64,000 nucleotides of DNA. Source: Eledone cirrhosa. Taxonomy: Eukaryota. Below are positions 27,967 through 40,963 of this stretch, one piece after another. The notes below the pieces were generated by a model. That model did not search any database and was not told the DNA's origin. It saw only the letters and a program-made list of their open reading frames with translations. The stretch lies in the NCBI GenBank assembly GCA_964016885.1, contig OZ024744.1, forward strand, positions 7,564,001 to 7,628,000, read 5' to 3'. Both the position numbers and the translations under genes were made by a program. Within the stretch, counting starts at the first letter, position 1, and each line of letters opens with the position of its first letter.

Positions 27967-28263
27967 ACACATGTATGAGTGTGTGTGTATTGCTATACTT
28001 TGGGAGGGTCAGGAGCAACAAGATGGTGTAGGAAAGAACAAAGAATAGAAACAAAATAAAAAAAAGTAGTCACTGCGGAGGCCACAGAATGTCGGAACAA
28101 TTATGATAAATTGTCGGAAATTGAGAAATTGATAATAAATTGAAGTGAAAACCAAGAGGTGTGTGTGTTTTTATTGGCAACATGACCCTCCCAAAGTATA
28201 ACAATATGTATTTCAACACACGTTTTCAGATAAGAAATTTTGCAAAACAAATTCAAAAACGAA

Positions 28264-28316
<53 letters not shown>

Positions 28317-28319
<3 letters not shown>

Positions 28320-28680
28320 AGGAGATGAGTTTTATTGTAGCACAATAAAGCAATGCAAATATCGAATAAGTAGCACTCAACAGTTTATTGGACTGGAGTA
28401 TATATAAGAGGAAATTAAAAGATGGTTAAAAAAGTTCCATGTATTTTATTTTGCGCATTTCAAAAACAAATATCATCCAGGGACGATATTTGCGTTCTCA
28501 TCAGATAATAGGGAGACATGATATGAAGCTTAAAGTGTCTTTTTTAAGCTTCACATCATGTCTCCCTATTATCTGATGAGAACGCAAATATCGTCCCTGG
28601 ATGATATTTGTTTTTGAAATGCGCAAAATACAATACATGGAACTTTTTTAACCATCTTTTAATTTCTTCTTATATATATA
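28317..28680. mobile_element. Family-B pLTR fold-back (non-autonomous relative of the 14044-17818 element)
   Basis: Arms 28401-28534 and 28543-28676 are reverse complements; the left arm extends ~85 nt further. Hammerhead motifs at 28443-28512 (-) and 28565-28635 (+). Confidence 0.85.
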
Positions 28681-29346
28681 TCTATATATATGATAGCTGC
28701 AACTAGATTTCGAGTAATGCCATCGCTTGATACTTAAACATGAACATCACGGAGGGGTTCCTAGTCCTGGTAGGGACTTGCCTATAGCCAGCAATACAAT
28801 GCATCGCAACAAATGTCACATATCAAGTGCTGCCTGTACTTGAAGCCTTTTTGAGTGAGGAAAGGCTTTGCACGGGGCCAATCCCACTCTCCGAACATCA
28901 AATGTATTTACCCATAAAGAACAACTGGTCTACATTATTGGATGTAAACAAAGTTACAGGTTTTATATGAGAGTGACCTCCTAGAGAGATGTCTTAATGA
29001 AGACTAGGAGTGACTCGTTCCACCAAAAAAACAAGCTTTATTGGATGGCCGTTGACCCTCCTGAGTTCCTCTGCCCTTTGACAGATTTAGTTTTTCATCC
29101 CGGAGGGTGTCCATATTACCCTCCTCACCAAGTAAGGTTGATGGAGTTGCCAGTTTAGTCACCGACAACCCGACCATAATCAGGTTGTACTGGGTTACAT
29201 GTTACCAGTAGCGCTGAAGAGTGACCTGATCCCCCCCCCCCCGCACACAGACATATATATATATGTGTGTGTGTGTTAAGTATTTCCATAGAAAAGGTAA
29301 AGGAAATAAGAGTGTTCTATGTATAGTACAGAGCTATTTAATTACA

Positions 29347-29514
29347 TAATAAACAACACAATATAATTATTCCATTACCCAAGTTTTCACGAAGTTAGAC
29401 GATTCTAACAGAAATATATCATCTGATGAACGAACTAGGCATTTCTGTTAGAACCGTCTAACTTCGTGAAACCTTGGGTAATGGAATAATTATATTGTGA
29501 TGTTTATTATATAA
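29347..29514. mobile_element. pLTR fold-back with hammerhead at 29419-29484 (+)
   Basis: TCAT-CTGATGA-ACGAA...TTCGT-GAAA-CC-ttg-GG-TA-ATGG; inverted arm 29347-29415. Confidence 0.75.
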
Positions 29515-29739
29515 TAAAATATATACAAGACGCCCACACAGATATTTATATACACACTCACTCTTACTCATTCATACCCTTTAAACCATATTCCTAAAGT
29601 AGAATTTCTTTTACAATTCTCTACTTTTGATAATCCTATTTACCTCCCTTTATCGTCTCTAGCTTACATCACCCTCCTCGCCACCCCCATCTGAACTCTT
29701 GATCAATCCTTTAACACAATTGAGATACACTCACATATA

Positions 29740-29817
<78 letters not shown>

Positions 29818-29936
29818 CTCTATATAATAGGTTCTATTTTAGACCCAGTCTTCCTCTCAACAAGAAAGATGAACAAATTTTCTTCAATACTTCATTTTTA
29901 ATTTAAAAATTGTAATTCTTTTTAATTGTAATATTC

Positions 29937-29984
29937 AACATTTGATAAGATGGATTACACCGATACATCGAAACCGGTTATATT
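29937..29984 (+). ncRNA. Minimal hammerhead variant with U3-A8 core
   Basis: AACAT-TTGATAA-GATG...CATC-GAAA-CCGG-TT-ATATT; stem III ACCGGT; one mismatch in stem I. Confidence 0.6.
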
Positions 29985-32900
29985 TTATATACATTATAAA
30001 ACTCCTTTTTTTTTAAACATTGTTCCCCTCATTTTTTCCATAAAGAAAAAAAGAAAAACAGATCCTTATATTTATTTTCCGTGCTCTTTCCAATTCCACC
30101 TTTTCTCTATAACCTGTTTCGTATAGAACCTTACTCCCATTTCCAATATATATATATATATAGCAAAATTATTATTTTAGGTCCTTATCACGTTATTCAA
30201 TATTTCAATAAATTCGATCTGTGCGATCTTCTACGTAGTCGCTATAACTTCTAAACATAGCAATCAAATCTCAATGTCTTAGAAAATAATAACGCCTTTT
30301 ATAATGTCGTATCGGATATCTCTCTTATGGACCCTGACCCCTAAAGTTGTCGTGAGGACACCCTAGCCCATGCAATCCTTTCAGAGAAAGAGACACATGA
30401 TGCATGATCGAAATATAGAAGCTGAATCAGCTTCATGTGTTGATTGATATTACATTTATCGACTTCAAAAGGATGAAATTTGACATTGCCGTCTCTTCTG
30501 GGTTTACTATATTTAAGAATACTACTAGATAGTCACGGCTGGAATAGATTTGACCAGCGATGAGCTGGAACTGATCAATAATAGGAGAATCCTCATTATG
30601 AATGTGATTGTTTTCCGATAAACGTGAAACACTTGAGAAATTTCCTTTACAATATAATCGCTGATGTTTCTTTATTCAGTAAAGGTATAATTGAATTAAT
30701 GCTTATTGGCTTTATCTAATTAGCTTATACGTGATTTTTGTTGTTGTTATTTTTTGCCGGATGGGGTGGTGGTGTTAAATTGAGTTGATGAATAGAAAAG
30801 TCAGGACAACGGAGTAAAATAATAATAATAGTGATAGTTACAACAACTACTACAACATCATCATCTACAACAATAACAACAATAGCAACAACAACAATAA
30901 TGATGGATAAATTTACTTTCTAACTCTGAAATCATTGTCAATCGCGTGCTAGCTCGTGTGTTTGTGTGTGTGTGTGTGTGCGAGCGTGTGTGTATGTTTA
31001 CGTGCGTGTACATGTGTAACTATGTGTGTACGTAGGTGTGGGGGTGTATAAGTATTTTACATCTGTTTCTTTACCTTTATCGAAAGGTTGTTGAAGATTG
31101 GAAGCTTTGTATAACAAATACCAATTCGTATTTTGTCTGTCAAATAAGATTATCGATTTTATATTGGCCACCAGGTCCAAAAACAATCGGGACAATAGTA
31201 CGGTATGGTATAGACCCTTAACTCCTGAAGGAGTCGCATGGTCACTATATTGTCATGCGGAGGTCCTTAGAAAACTGTTTAACTTGGCGGTGCCCATCCC
31301 CTTTCTAGGTCTGAAATACAACAGAATGTTTTCAGGAGAAATAAAGAGAAAGGATGGAAGTGAGAAAGAGATATAGAGGAAGAACGACCCCAGTACTAAA
31401 CTGGTACTTTTTTATCGACCTCGAATGGATGAAAGGCAACTGTGACCTCGGCGGGATTTGAACTCAGAGAGCAGACTGGCGGAACGATTATCATAAAGCA
31501 TTCTATCTGATGTTCTAACGACTGCCATTCTATCTGATGTTCTAACGACTGCCATTCTATTTGATGTTCTAACGACTGCCATTCTATCTGATGTTCTAGC
31601 GACTCTGTATAAAACAATACAGAGTGGGACATCGCCATAATGAGAACAGTTTTTTTTTCAATATTAATGGAACACAATGACTAATGGGTGGGGATGGACT
31701 GGCACCCTTTAGTAATTCCATGGAGAACTCTACACTAAACTTCGGGTTACCCTGTTACCGCACGATCATCAAAAATGCCACCCCATGTTTTCTTTCCCCT
31801 TGCTGCTCCTGGTTGTTATCTGGCAAATATCGGATTCGGTTCGCCACAGTAACTGATCACAACTTCCTTTTCAATTTTTATCACCTATTTTCTATATCTC
31901 TATGCATGAGCACATCATTCTTTATATTAATTTTATCACCTCAGTGCTTCGTAAAAGTCCGAGAGATCGGCTACCTATACACGATGTTTATTTACTACGA
32001 TATATGTTGACATCTAAAAGCGGTGATTCAGGTATCTAATTTAAGATGGTATGAGAAGTCACGGGCCTTTGGCTTAATGGTTAAAACGCCTAGTCGGAAC
32101 CTGTGGTTACCACCAGGCTGATGTATGGGAGGTACATCGTCAAGTTATAAAATATGGCATGTGTATACATAGAAATCAATTGAGTGAGTTAAAGAAAAGT
32201 AAACGAAAGTGAAAGTATATTCCATAAAGAAGAGCCTTCCCTGTGAGCCAATTAGAACTCCCTTAAATTCTATATCATTCAAAGGACCAGGTATAGGTAT
32301 CCTACCCTTGCTTTCTTTTCTCGGCTTACATCTTTCAATGAGTACAAATACATTTCTGACAATCAAAAATGTCCTTCGAATTTATTTTAGTTTGCAATTA
32401 ATTAAGAAGAAATTATCAGAAAATTATTTTTTTTAGATTGTAGAATGTAAAGCACTTGGAGGAGCTGGACCGCTGAGAATGAAGTTCTTGTCATTGTAGG
32501 CAGCTCACCGTACCTATGTATCAGGTGATTTCTACGAGGGTGCTTGATTATTCTAGTACATTGGCTTCGCTGTCACCCATGGCAATGCTGTATGTTGTCT
32601 TGCCTAAAACAAACGCCATCATCTCTTGTGGTGACGCGTGAATTCTCCCGCACTGTTTTTTTAATTATTGTTTTCGTTTTTGTTTTAATCACGTACTTAT
32701 AAATAGAAGCAGAGCCAAGGAAATGCTATGTATTTGAAGGGGCAGTGGCAATACATTGTTAATTATAAAATTAAATTACTAAAACCTTTAAGTAACATAT
32801 GAGTGTCGCAACACTGGATATTCACATGTTGGGCCATTCACTTGAGCCAGAGAGCTCTTCCATCCACCTTACAAAAGATTTACCTGTAGGAAGCAACTCT

Positions 32901-34406
32901 CCAACCTCTATTTTCAACATTTTTTTCAAGTGCAACAGAAAAATATTGGTGAGAGATTGGCCAAAGAGAAAAGTGTCTGTCGTCATACTTTTCAGTTGTG
33001 TCCTCTATATAACTTCTTTGGATTTAGAGCTTCTTGAGATGGTCACTATTGTCCACTATCACAGACGCTCCAACACAGTTCAAGTAGTTGAGTAAAATGT
33101 TGTCGGTAATTCGCATATTACTCTCTGAAAACGAATAGCACGTGTTCGTCCTAATCTGTCAAAAATGGTCTGTGACCTTGTTACGTCGCGTATCTGTCAT
33201 CTGTTATCGTAACTACAAGCAAACTCATTATATTTAACAACATAGCTTTCGTCTGAACAAATGTTCGAGGTGCAACCTCGGCGTTATCTCATCTATCGTG
33301 CAATAATATTTAATAAGCACATCGTAAACTCATGCTCGAATATATTTTTTCTATATTGCTACTTGAATGTTAAATTGTGTTGTAATCTCCTTCATCAGAA
33401 TGATCGACAGCCGGTTACTGACTATCATCTCCGTCAACTGTCAGATAAAGATTTATATAAACTTCTAGATGTAGCATTTGTGTCTCAGGATTGATGCATT
33501 TACCTTCCAGTAAACAGTTTCTTACTTATGGATCTTATCTAGGCCAACTTTGAACATCACTCAATCAGACGATAAGTTGAAATAGTTGACACGCTAAATT
33601 ATCTCTATCAGATGAGCAAGCATATATTTAATCAACAAACAAAATGGAGGGACCTATGTATGTACTCTATGTATATCTATTAAGTAACTCAAGTTACCAC
33701 ATATTTGACTTTTACAAGTGTTGTAGTCGTTAAATACCAAATTAAATTTAATGACTTGAGGATGCTGATCGATGGAGCTTGTTCCCAAATCAACTGCAGG
33801 CCAGGTATAGTTATTCAAACGATTCTGAGTAAGAGTATATTTACCGAAGAAAAGCACTGAAAGAGGACACTTGCTTTAAATCTATTTGGTTCTGATTTGG
33901 GGGAAAGCTTCTTATACGTTTCTCACTTTATATTTTTCCTGCGTTACTTCCACCACCTCATCGATTCTCTGCTCATTTTATTTACAACAGTAAACTTAAT
34001 AATCATAACGAGGGTATTCTCTCTTTTTCTTTGTTGTGGGTTTGGCTGTCGAAATTGCTGTTGTTGCGATTTTGTTGTTTCTTTTCGTATTTTTATAGTG
34101 GTTGTTGCTGTGAATATGTCTTCAGGTTGTTGATAACTTAATTGGTGTAGTCGTGACTTTCACTGTCATGTTTCATTGTTTGGTATGTTGATATAGTTAG
34201 TGGCAGCATGTGCATGTTTGATAGGCTGTGTAACGCTTTGTAGAATATTTCAACTTTCAGCGAGGGGCAGCCTTTTCAGATTCTATTTTTCTCAGCTTCA
34301 CGCAGATAAAGAGCTAAGTAATAGAATAGGAAAAGTTAGGGGATGTAGGCGCCTCTTTCGTCCAAGAAGACCACTACAAAAAAGATTCTTTAGTCATAGT
34401 AATAAT

Positions 34407-34593
34407 CCTTTCTACTTTTGGCACAAGGCCAGCAATTACCCAGTGCATTACTGGTACTTTATTTTATCGACCCCGTAAGGATGAAAGGCAAAGTTAACCT
34501 CGGCGGGATTTGAACTCAGACCATAAAGGGCCGTAACTCTTTGCTGCAAAGCATGGCGTATGACCCTCTACCGATACTGCCAATCCACTGCCC
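34407..34593 (-). mobile_element. tRNA-derived SINE with 18-bp TSD (TTTAGTCATAGTAATAAT)
   Basis: A box TGGCAGTATCGG and B box GAGTTCAAATCCC on the minus strand; closely similar to four other copies. Confidence 0.85.
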
Positions 34594-35274
34594 TTTTTAG
34601 TCATAGTAATAATGACAGTTGTTGCTATTAGTGGAGGCTCAGTTGTTGCTGTTGTTGTTACTGCTTCTATTGTTGCTGTGACGGCAGCATCTATTGTAGT
34701 TGTCATTGCTTTTACTGAGATTGTTGTTACTGTAGTTGTGCGGTTGGCAAAAGTGCACGTATTCGTTGTTTTGCCATTAGCTTATTAGCAAAGAGCGTTT
34801 ATGTTATTTGTGGTGCTATGAATATGGCACCAGGGACCTCTCCCTTTAAACTCCCCGAACAGCTAGGTACTGTTTGATTTCTTTACAGGGACTGAATCGT
34901 TGGTGCAAGCACGCTTTTCATATAATTCGCATGACTTAACGTCTACACCCGCAATTGTGTAGCCAAAGAGGCTGTTACTTTCCGATAGTTTCTCATTGCT
35001 AGTGACACAACTTACATTCCCCTCCACGCAATTAGCAAGATTATGTCATGTATTGGTGTTTAATGTTTTCAATTATTCTCTTTCAGAAAAGAATCGGGGC
35101 ATCTTTGACACGCATTATAAATGTGTAAAATACTTTGGGATTTTCCCTTACCGACTGACCAAAACTTACAGCACAGTTAAGCAGACATAACAGTGGTTGA
35201 GAAGGTTAATAAAATGTACCTATTAATTGATTTGATTCAATAATAACAAAGACGTTTAAAAGGAAGAAACGTAT

Positions 35275-35470
35275 ATCCCTTTGAAATACGAATTTGCACG
35301 GATATGGAATATGAATCATGTCGAGATAGTAGCGATAATTGTGGGAGAATTGGTAACAGTGACAAAAGATATCGAAAGATCCCAAAAGAAAATTGGCATT
35401 ATATGTCCAGTTGAAGTGTTTCAGAAAGGATACTTTCTTGGAACAGTCAAGAGAATCAGAAGAGTACTTG
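35275..35470 (+). pseudogene. C-terminal fragment of an R4/Dong-type (RLE) non-LTR retrotransposon
   Basis: KYEFARIWNMNHVEIVAIIVGELVTV...FQKGYFLGTVKRIRRVLD resembles the R4/Dong C-terminus (RLW.M..V.VIPIVIGALG...LQK..LLGTARILRKVL). Confidence 0.7.
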
Positions 35471-35718
35471 ACAGCAGACTAACCTTTATATACTGTAGGC
35501 TGCAGGTAACAAGTCCAGTACTCTTGCTAAAACAAGGGCTTCCATTTAAAGTACTTGACAGCAGACTAACCTTTATATACTGTAGGCTGCAGGTAACAAG
35601 TCCAGTACTCTTGCTAAAACAAGGGCTTCCATTTAAAGTACTTCACAGCAGACTAACATAAGTACAGTGTAGTACGGTAGGCTGCAGGTAACAAGTCTTG
35701 CTTAAACTAGGGTTTCCA
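35463..35718 (+). repeat. 87-bp tandem repeat (two exact copies plus one degenerate) spanning the LINE 3' end
   Basis: agtacttgacagcagactaacc...gggcttccatttaa repeated. Confidence 0.9.
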
Positions 35719-36030
35719 GCTAAGCCTGAAGAAAATAAAAGGGAGTTATAACAATGACCAACAATATCATTTTACTGGAAAAGTCATAACTTGTTGCAAA
35801 TTATATTTTCTGGCAGAACATATAGAATTACATGTGTCAGCTGATCTTTTTTTCATATTTCATTGTTAATTAGGCTGACATATCTAGGACAGAGTCCTCC
35901 CTTACACTCTCTACCCCTTACAGTCACGTTATATCATAAATGATTTATAACAAGCATGAGGTTTCTACATAACACACATAAACACACACACACGCACACA
36001 CACACACACACACAGACACATATATATATA

Positions 36031-36400
36031 TGTAGAAGTTATATTTAATTTGTAGGGATACAACAAGCAAATATTTTTATAACTGATATAAAGCACTCAA
36101 CAAATGTTTGGTTTTTTTTTCCCCTATTCCAACGACTCAATTTAAATGTATGGGATTTAAACCTCTCCGACACTAATTTGCATAATAGACCAATAATAAA
36201 ATTAGTAACCCCACTATCCGGGAGCTTCCAACAGAAATGGTCGCATTCTTTAAGGGTATGTCAATATTTGTTTATAAAACTGATCTATATTATATTTTAT
36301 CTGATGAAAGCGCACCATAATTTGCTTTGGTGTCCTTGAAATATGTATAATGAAATAAATATGGTTTTATTAATATAGTTTCCATTTATTAATATATTGT
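36031..36400. mobile_element. Family-A fold-back; hammerhead at 36293-36357 (+)
   Basis: Inverted tail 36031-36111; CTGATGA-AAGCGCACCA...TGGTGTCCTT-GAAA-TATGTA-TA. Confidence 0.8.
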
Positions 36401-36435
36401 ATATATATATTGTATATATATATATATATATATAT

Positions 36436-36796
36436 TGGTAAACGGTTTAGAAAATGCTGACAAATGGTTCACAGTTGAAAAATGGTTTAATTAGGAATAA
36501 AAGAGTATTAGTAATTGTATGGGTTAGTATTCAGTTGTGGTTTTAAGTTTTTAAGTTTTTACTGATCAGAGCAAACAACACGGACACTCTATCTCAAAAT
36601 TATTTTTGAAAAGCATTTAGAAATGCGCAACCGGTAAAAACTTAAAAACTTAAAACCACAACTGAATACTAACCCATACAATTACTAATACTCTTTTATT
36701 CCTAATTAAACCATTTTTCAACTGTGAACAATTTGTCAGCATTTTCTATTCCGTTTACCAATATATAATAACCTGTGTGTTACACCTCTATTCTTT

Positions 36797-36802
<6 letters not shown>
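36436..36802. mobile_element. Family-K pLTR fold-back; variant hammerhead at 36603-36639 (+)
   Basis: Inverted arm 36436-36562 matches 36634-36762; TTT-TTGAAAA-GCAT..ATGC-GCAA-CCGG-TA-AAA. Confidence 0.82.
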
Positions 36803-36852
<50 letters not shown>

Positions 36853-36862
36853 AACCAGTAAG

Positions 36863-36956
36863 ACCCCGACAGCTGAGCTCAAGCCGTTTCGACGGCTAAT
36901 TCTGGACTAAATGAAAATTTATCCTGGTATTTAAATAGCCGATCTTCTCAAGGGGT
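36863..36956 (-). ncRNA. Family-C hammerhead (U3-A8 core)
   Basis: Minus strand ACCCC-TTGAGAA-GAtCGGCTA...TAGCCGTC-GAAA-CGGCT-tgagctc-AGCTG-TC-GGGGT. Confidence 0.75.
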
Positions 36957-37028
36957 AATTCCATATATGGTCAAAGTGATTGGTCCAAAGCGTTATGGTC
37001 CACCTGGTTCCTTACCACTTTTCCTTCG

Positions 37029-37096
<68 letters not shown>

Positions 37097-37284
37097 CAAA
37101 GGAGGTGTGGTAAGGAACCAGATGGACCATAACGCACCAGAATACTCAATACTTAGGGTAGTAGAGTGGGAAATAGGAAAAAGTATGACCCCAACGGCAG
37201 AGCTCAAGCCGTTTCGACAGCTATTTCTGGTCCAGAAATCGCCGTCGAAACGACTTGAGCTCTGACGTCGGGGTCATACTTTTT

Positions 37285-37380
<96 letters not shown>

Positions 37381-37583
37381 GTGTGTGATTGTATGTATAG
37401 TATATTTGGCAATATACCGTATGTTTAATTAAAAAGATTTAGAAGGCCATACGCTAGCAGTTTTAAAGTAGTGACTATGTCACTTACTTCTTTTCGGCGA
37501 AAGAGTGCGTGGCTCTGCAAAGATAACTTGAACCGTTAAGGTATATTCTTCTTGGTTATGTCAACATTTATAAAACACACTCG

Positions 37584-37644
37584 TATTTTATCTGATGAAA
37601 GCGTACCAAAATGTTGGTACCCTTGAAATATATATAATAGAATA
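37584..37644 (+). ncRNA. Family-A hammerhead
   Basis: TATTTTAT-CTGATGA-AAGCGTACCA-aaatgt-TGGTACCCTT-GAAA-TATATA-TA-ATAGAATA. Confidence 0.85.
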
Positions 37645-37780
37645 AATATGGTTTTATAAATATAGTTTCCATTTATTTAATATCATTGTATATTATTCTC
37701 CAGAAAACTTGTCGAGTGCTCTGAATTAGTTATAAACATCTATATTTGTTGAATTACCAACAAATTGAATATCCCTTCTG

Positions 37781-37814
<34 letters not shown>

Positions 37815-38480
37815 TACATAACATTATTGTCTCTCTCTCTCTGTCTGTCTGTTCCTATGCATTCTCAAACGGCTCGACCAAATGAAAAGAAATTAGACTC
37901 CAGAGTGTCAACATGTAATTTTTATTTTCATTTGGATTAAAACAATATAACACTTTACCTAAAATAATCTTTCTATAGTCAACTATAGTAATGGACATTT
38001 TATAACACGACGACGACGATGACGTTCCATTATGTATATGAATGTGTATGTGTTTCTGTGTATGTATGTGTTTGCGCGTTCGTTATGTACGTTAGGACTC
38101 AGTATGTTGCACAGAGAATTAAACACACACATACACATCTACACATACATATATATATGTGTAGACTGACAAGTATATGAGTGTATGTGTGTGTAAGTAC
38201 ACATACATTTCTGTGACGACTGTTATAACGAACGAACACGCACATATCTAAAGAGAGAGAGAGAGATACAGAGGGAGTGGCAGAGAGAAGGAGAGAGAGA
38301 GAAAGAGGGGGGCCTTTGTATATAGAGAGATACAATTAAAGTGTGCTAAATTCTAATTTTATATTTAATATTCAGCAAGATCAGCCATAACTCACACGGT
38401 ATGCAAATGAGGCTAATTAGCCGATGTACACTTAAGAAAATACTATTATTTTCAACTGTCCAACAGACTGGCAGACGTAT

Positions 38481-38523
38481 ACAGTCCTGATGAAGGGTAA
38501 ATACCCAGAAACATGTTGATTGT
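38481..38523 (+). ncRNA. Family-F hammerhead
   Basis: ACAGTC-CTGATGA-AGGGT-aaat-ACCCA-GAAA-CATG-TT-GATTGT, with outer stem ACTGGCA/TGCCAGT. Confidence 0.8.
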
Positions 38524-38681
38524 TCCTCAATGCCAGTGTTGAAGAAACGGCTGACGGTTTGTCATCGGCACGACACAGCTTTAATCGGGCCGTTTGTTTA
38601 TAAGCGAATCGAACATCATTATTAATGTTCGATATAACCCATACGTACATATGTATATGTATATATGTGTATGTATGTATC

Positions 38682-38734
<53 letters not shown>

Positions 38735-38899
38735 CTGTGTACGTGTGTGTGCGTGTGTGTATGTGTGTACGTATGCATATTTATCAGCTGTGTTAGGACT
38801 AGAAATAAAAATCTAATTTTATTTTTTCTATAAAGTCGTTTTACTATTCGAAATTAATCTACGGTGTATATTAATTTAGCTTTTTGAGGATAGTGTCAT

Positions 38900-39473
38900 G
38901 TTATTATTGACCTAATTCAGAATATGATACGGGAAACAGAAAAGTAAAGATAACAAGAATGACGATCGCAACTTTCTAAAAGTGTACAGAACCTGAGACA
39001 GGAAACAAAGATTAAGGCAAAAAGAAAGACTATCGCAACAAGCAGAGGTTCAATATGAAAATCACCAAGAGGTTGCGATGCAAACTCGACGAACACAAAC
39101 GAATCTTCAAGGCAGAATATACTGACTAAGAGCTGCGTTTTCATATGATCCATTGAATAATCATAGAAACGATCCTAAAGTCACGATTGGTAGCATGGCA
39201 CTTGACATATGTTGCTTAGGAAGAAAGGTTAGACATCCACTGACTGGGGACCCTCTAGCTTTTATCCATATACTACTTACAGTCCGTACTAATGAAGCTA
39301 AACACTTCAGAAGCAATGTTATGCGGTATATTGCTGTGTTTCAGATGACGTCATTTGGAGCTGAATAAGATCATACTGACTATGGTTATTTCACAACATT
39401 TAAAATCGAAGGCCAATGCTACCATTTAATAAGCAGTTTACACCCCCAGCCTAATAAGGAAGTTTTATTATTG

Positions 39474-39560
<87 letters not shown>

Positions 39561-39651
39561 CACACACTCACACACACCGTCATACCAGACAACACATCCA
39601 ATACAGTCGTTTTCTCTGTTACCCCGGGCGACGCCGGGAACCTCAGCTAGT
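38900..39651 (+). mobile_element. Internally deleted Helitron (RepHel N-terminal remnant and 3' terminus)
   Basis: CCLGRKV..AKHFRSNVMRYIAVFQMTSFGA..FTTFKIEGQCYHLISSL; 3' hairpin cccgggcgacgccggg then CTAG at 39647-39650. A similar terminus lies at 48530-48605; 5' boundary uncertain. Confidence 0.75.
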
Positions 39652-40349
39652 ACGTATATATACGTACATAAATACTTCGATTTTACTCACTATTACTAAT
39701 ATTATTTTCTCCTAGCCTTTATAATCAATTAATTAATTAATTATTGTTTGTTTGATAACCTAGTCGAGAGCTTACTTTAGAGGCTGTGAATAAATTCCTT
39801 TGTTCAAACTTTTGAATGTGCCCGCCAAAGCCCGGAAGTGAATGTTCATCTTTTCTTGAGAAGGAACACGTGACCCCGCTGCCAAATTTACTGCTACAGT
39901 ACTTGTCAGTAGATTTACTAAGCCGCGCTGGTGGAAAACGGAACGAAACGCATGTTGAGAAAGGGATATCCTTGTTCCATGCTAGGATACATTACTGGCT
40001 TGCATGTTACGCAACTTGGAGTGTAGCTTTCGGATACCCAGAAACCAATCGGAGATATTTATATAATGTCTATCGATGTGGTCCAGGTTCGTCTTTAACC
40101 TGTTTGTAATTTCATTCTTTCTATCAAATTAAATCTATGTCCTCACTAGACAAATATATTTTTATATATATATCACACATATTTTTTTCCTTTTTAATAC
40201 ATACACACTTGATAATGGGTTTTTAAGCCTGAAAATATTTTGGATTATTAAATTTGCTATGATTAGATTCTATTGTTTTCTTGGCAATTTTTTATTTTCT
40301 AATGTATTGTATGGTTTTCAAAATTATTTAAATTTGTGTTTCATATATT

Positions 40350-40403
<54 letters not shown>

Positions 40404-40588
40404 TATCTGTATTGGTCAATCAATGATAAACATTGATTACCAAATAAATTAACTATGGAGATATAAAAGATACTGAAGCGAAAAACCAATTAAACAGTGA
40501 GTGTGTTCTGTTATATCTGGAAATATTATTACAACAATATGATCCTCCCTAGTTATAACAATACACACACACACTCACAGACACACAC

Positions 40589-40663
<75 letters not shown>

Positions 40664-40776
40664 TGTATATACATATATATGTATATATATATATATACAT
40701 ATATATGTATATATATGTATATTGTTATACTGTAGGGAGGGTCATATTCGTACAGTTATGTATATTTGTAAAAAAG

Positions 40777-40918
40777 GAAAAGAATGGCTTCACTTGAAGT
40801 GTTAAAAAATTTGATTTAATTTTATAATATTATAATATTATCATATTATAATATTATAATATTATAATATTAAATTAAATCAAATTTTTAACACTACAAG
40901 TGAAGTCATTCTTTTCCT
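40777..40918. repeat. Palindrome with ~46-bp arms and a (TATAATAT)n centre
   Basis: ggaaaagaatggcttcacttgaagtgttaaaaa pairs with tttttaacactacaagtgaagtcattcttttcc. Confidence 0.8.
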
Positions 40919-40925
40919 TTTTTTT

Positions 40926-40959
<34 letters not shown>

Positions 40960-40963
<4 letters not shown>

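Noticed and set aside
31499-31604. 27-bp x4 direct repeat (and the 87-bp repeat at 35463) as a CRISPR array
   Set aside because: Head-to-tail duplications without unique spacers, in eukaryotic repeat context with no cas genes.
32780-33100. Possible Tc1/maT transposase relic on the minus strand
   Set aside because: Similarity is too faint to support by eye, with no recognisable catalytic motif or TIRs.
34500-34593. tRNA gene (A and B boxes)
   Set aside because: These are SINE heads with TSDs and a shared non-tRNA body; no complete cloverleaf is evident.
40208-40245. TTGATAA...GAAA-ATAT-TT hammerhead-like string
   Set aside because: No stem I pairing, and the homologue near 19390-19425 lacks the core.
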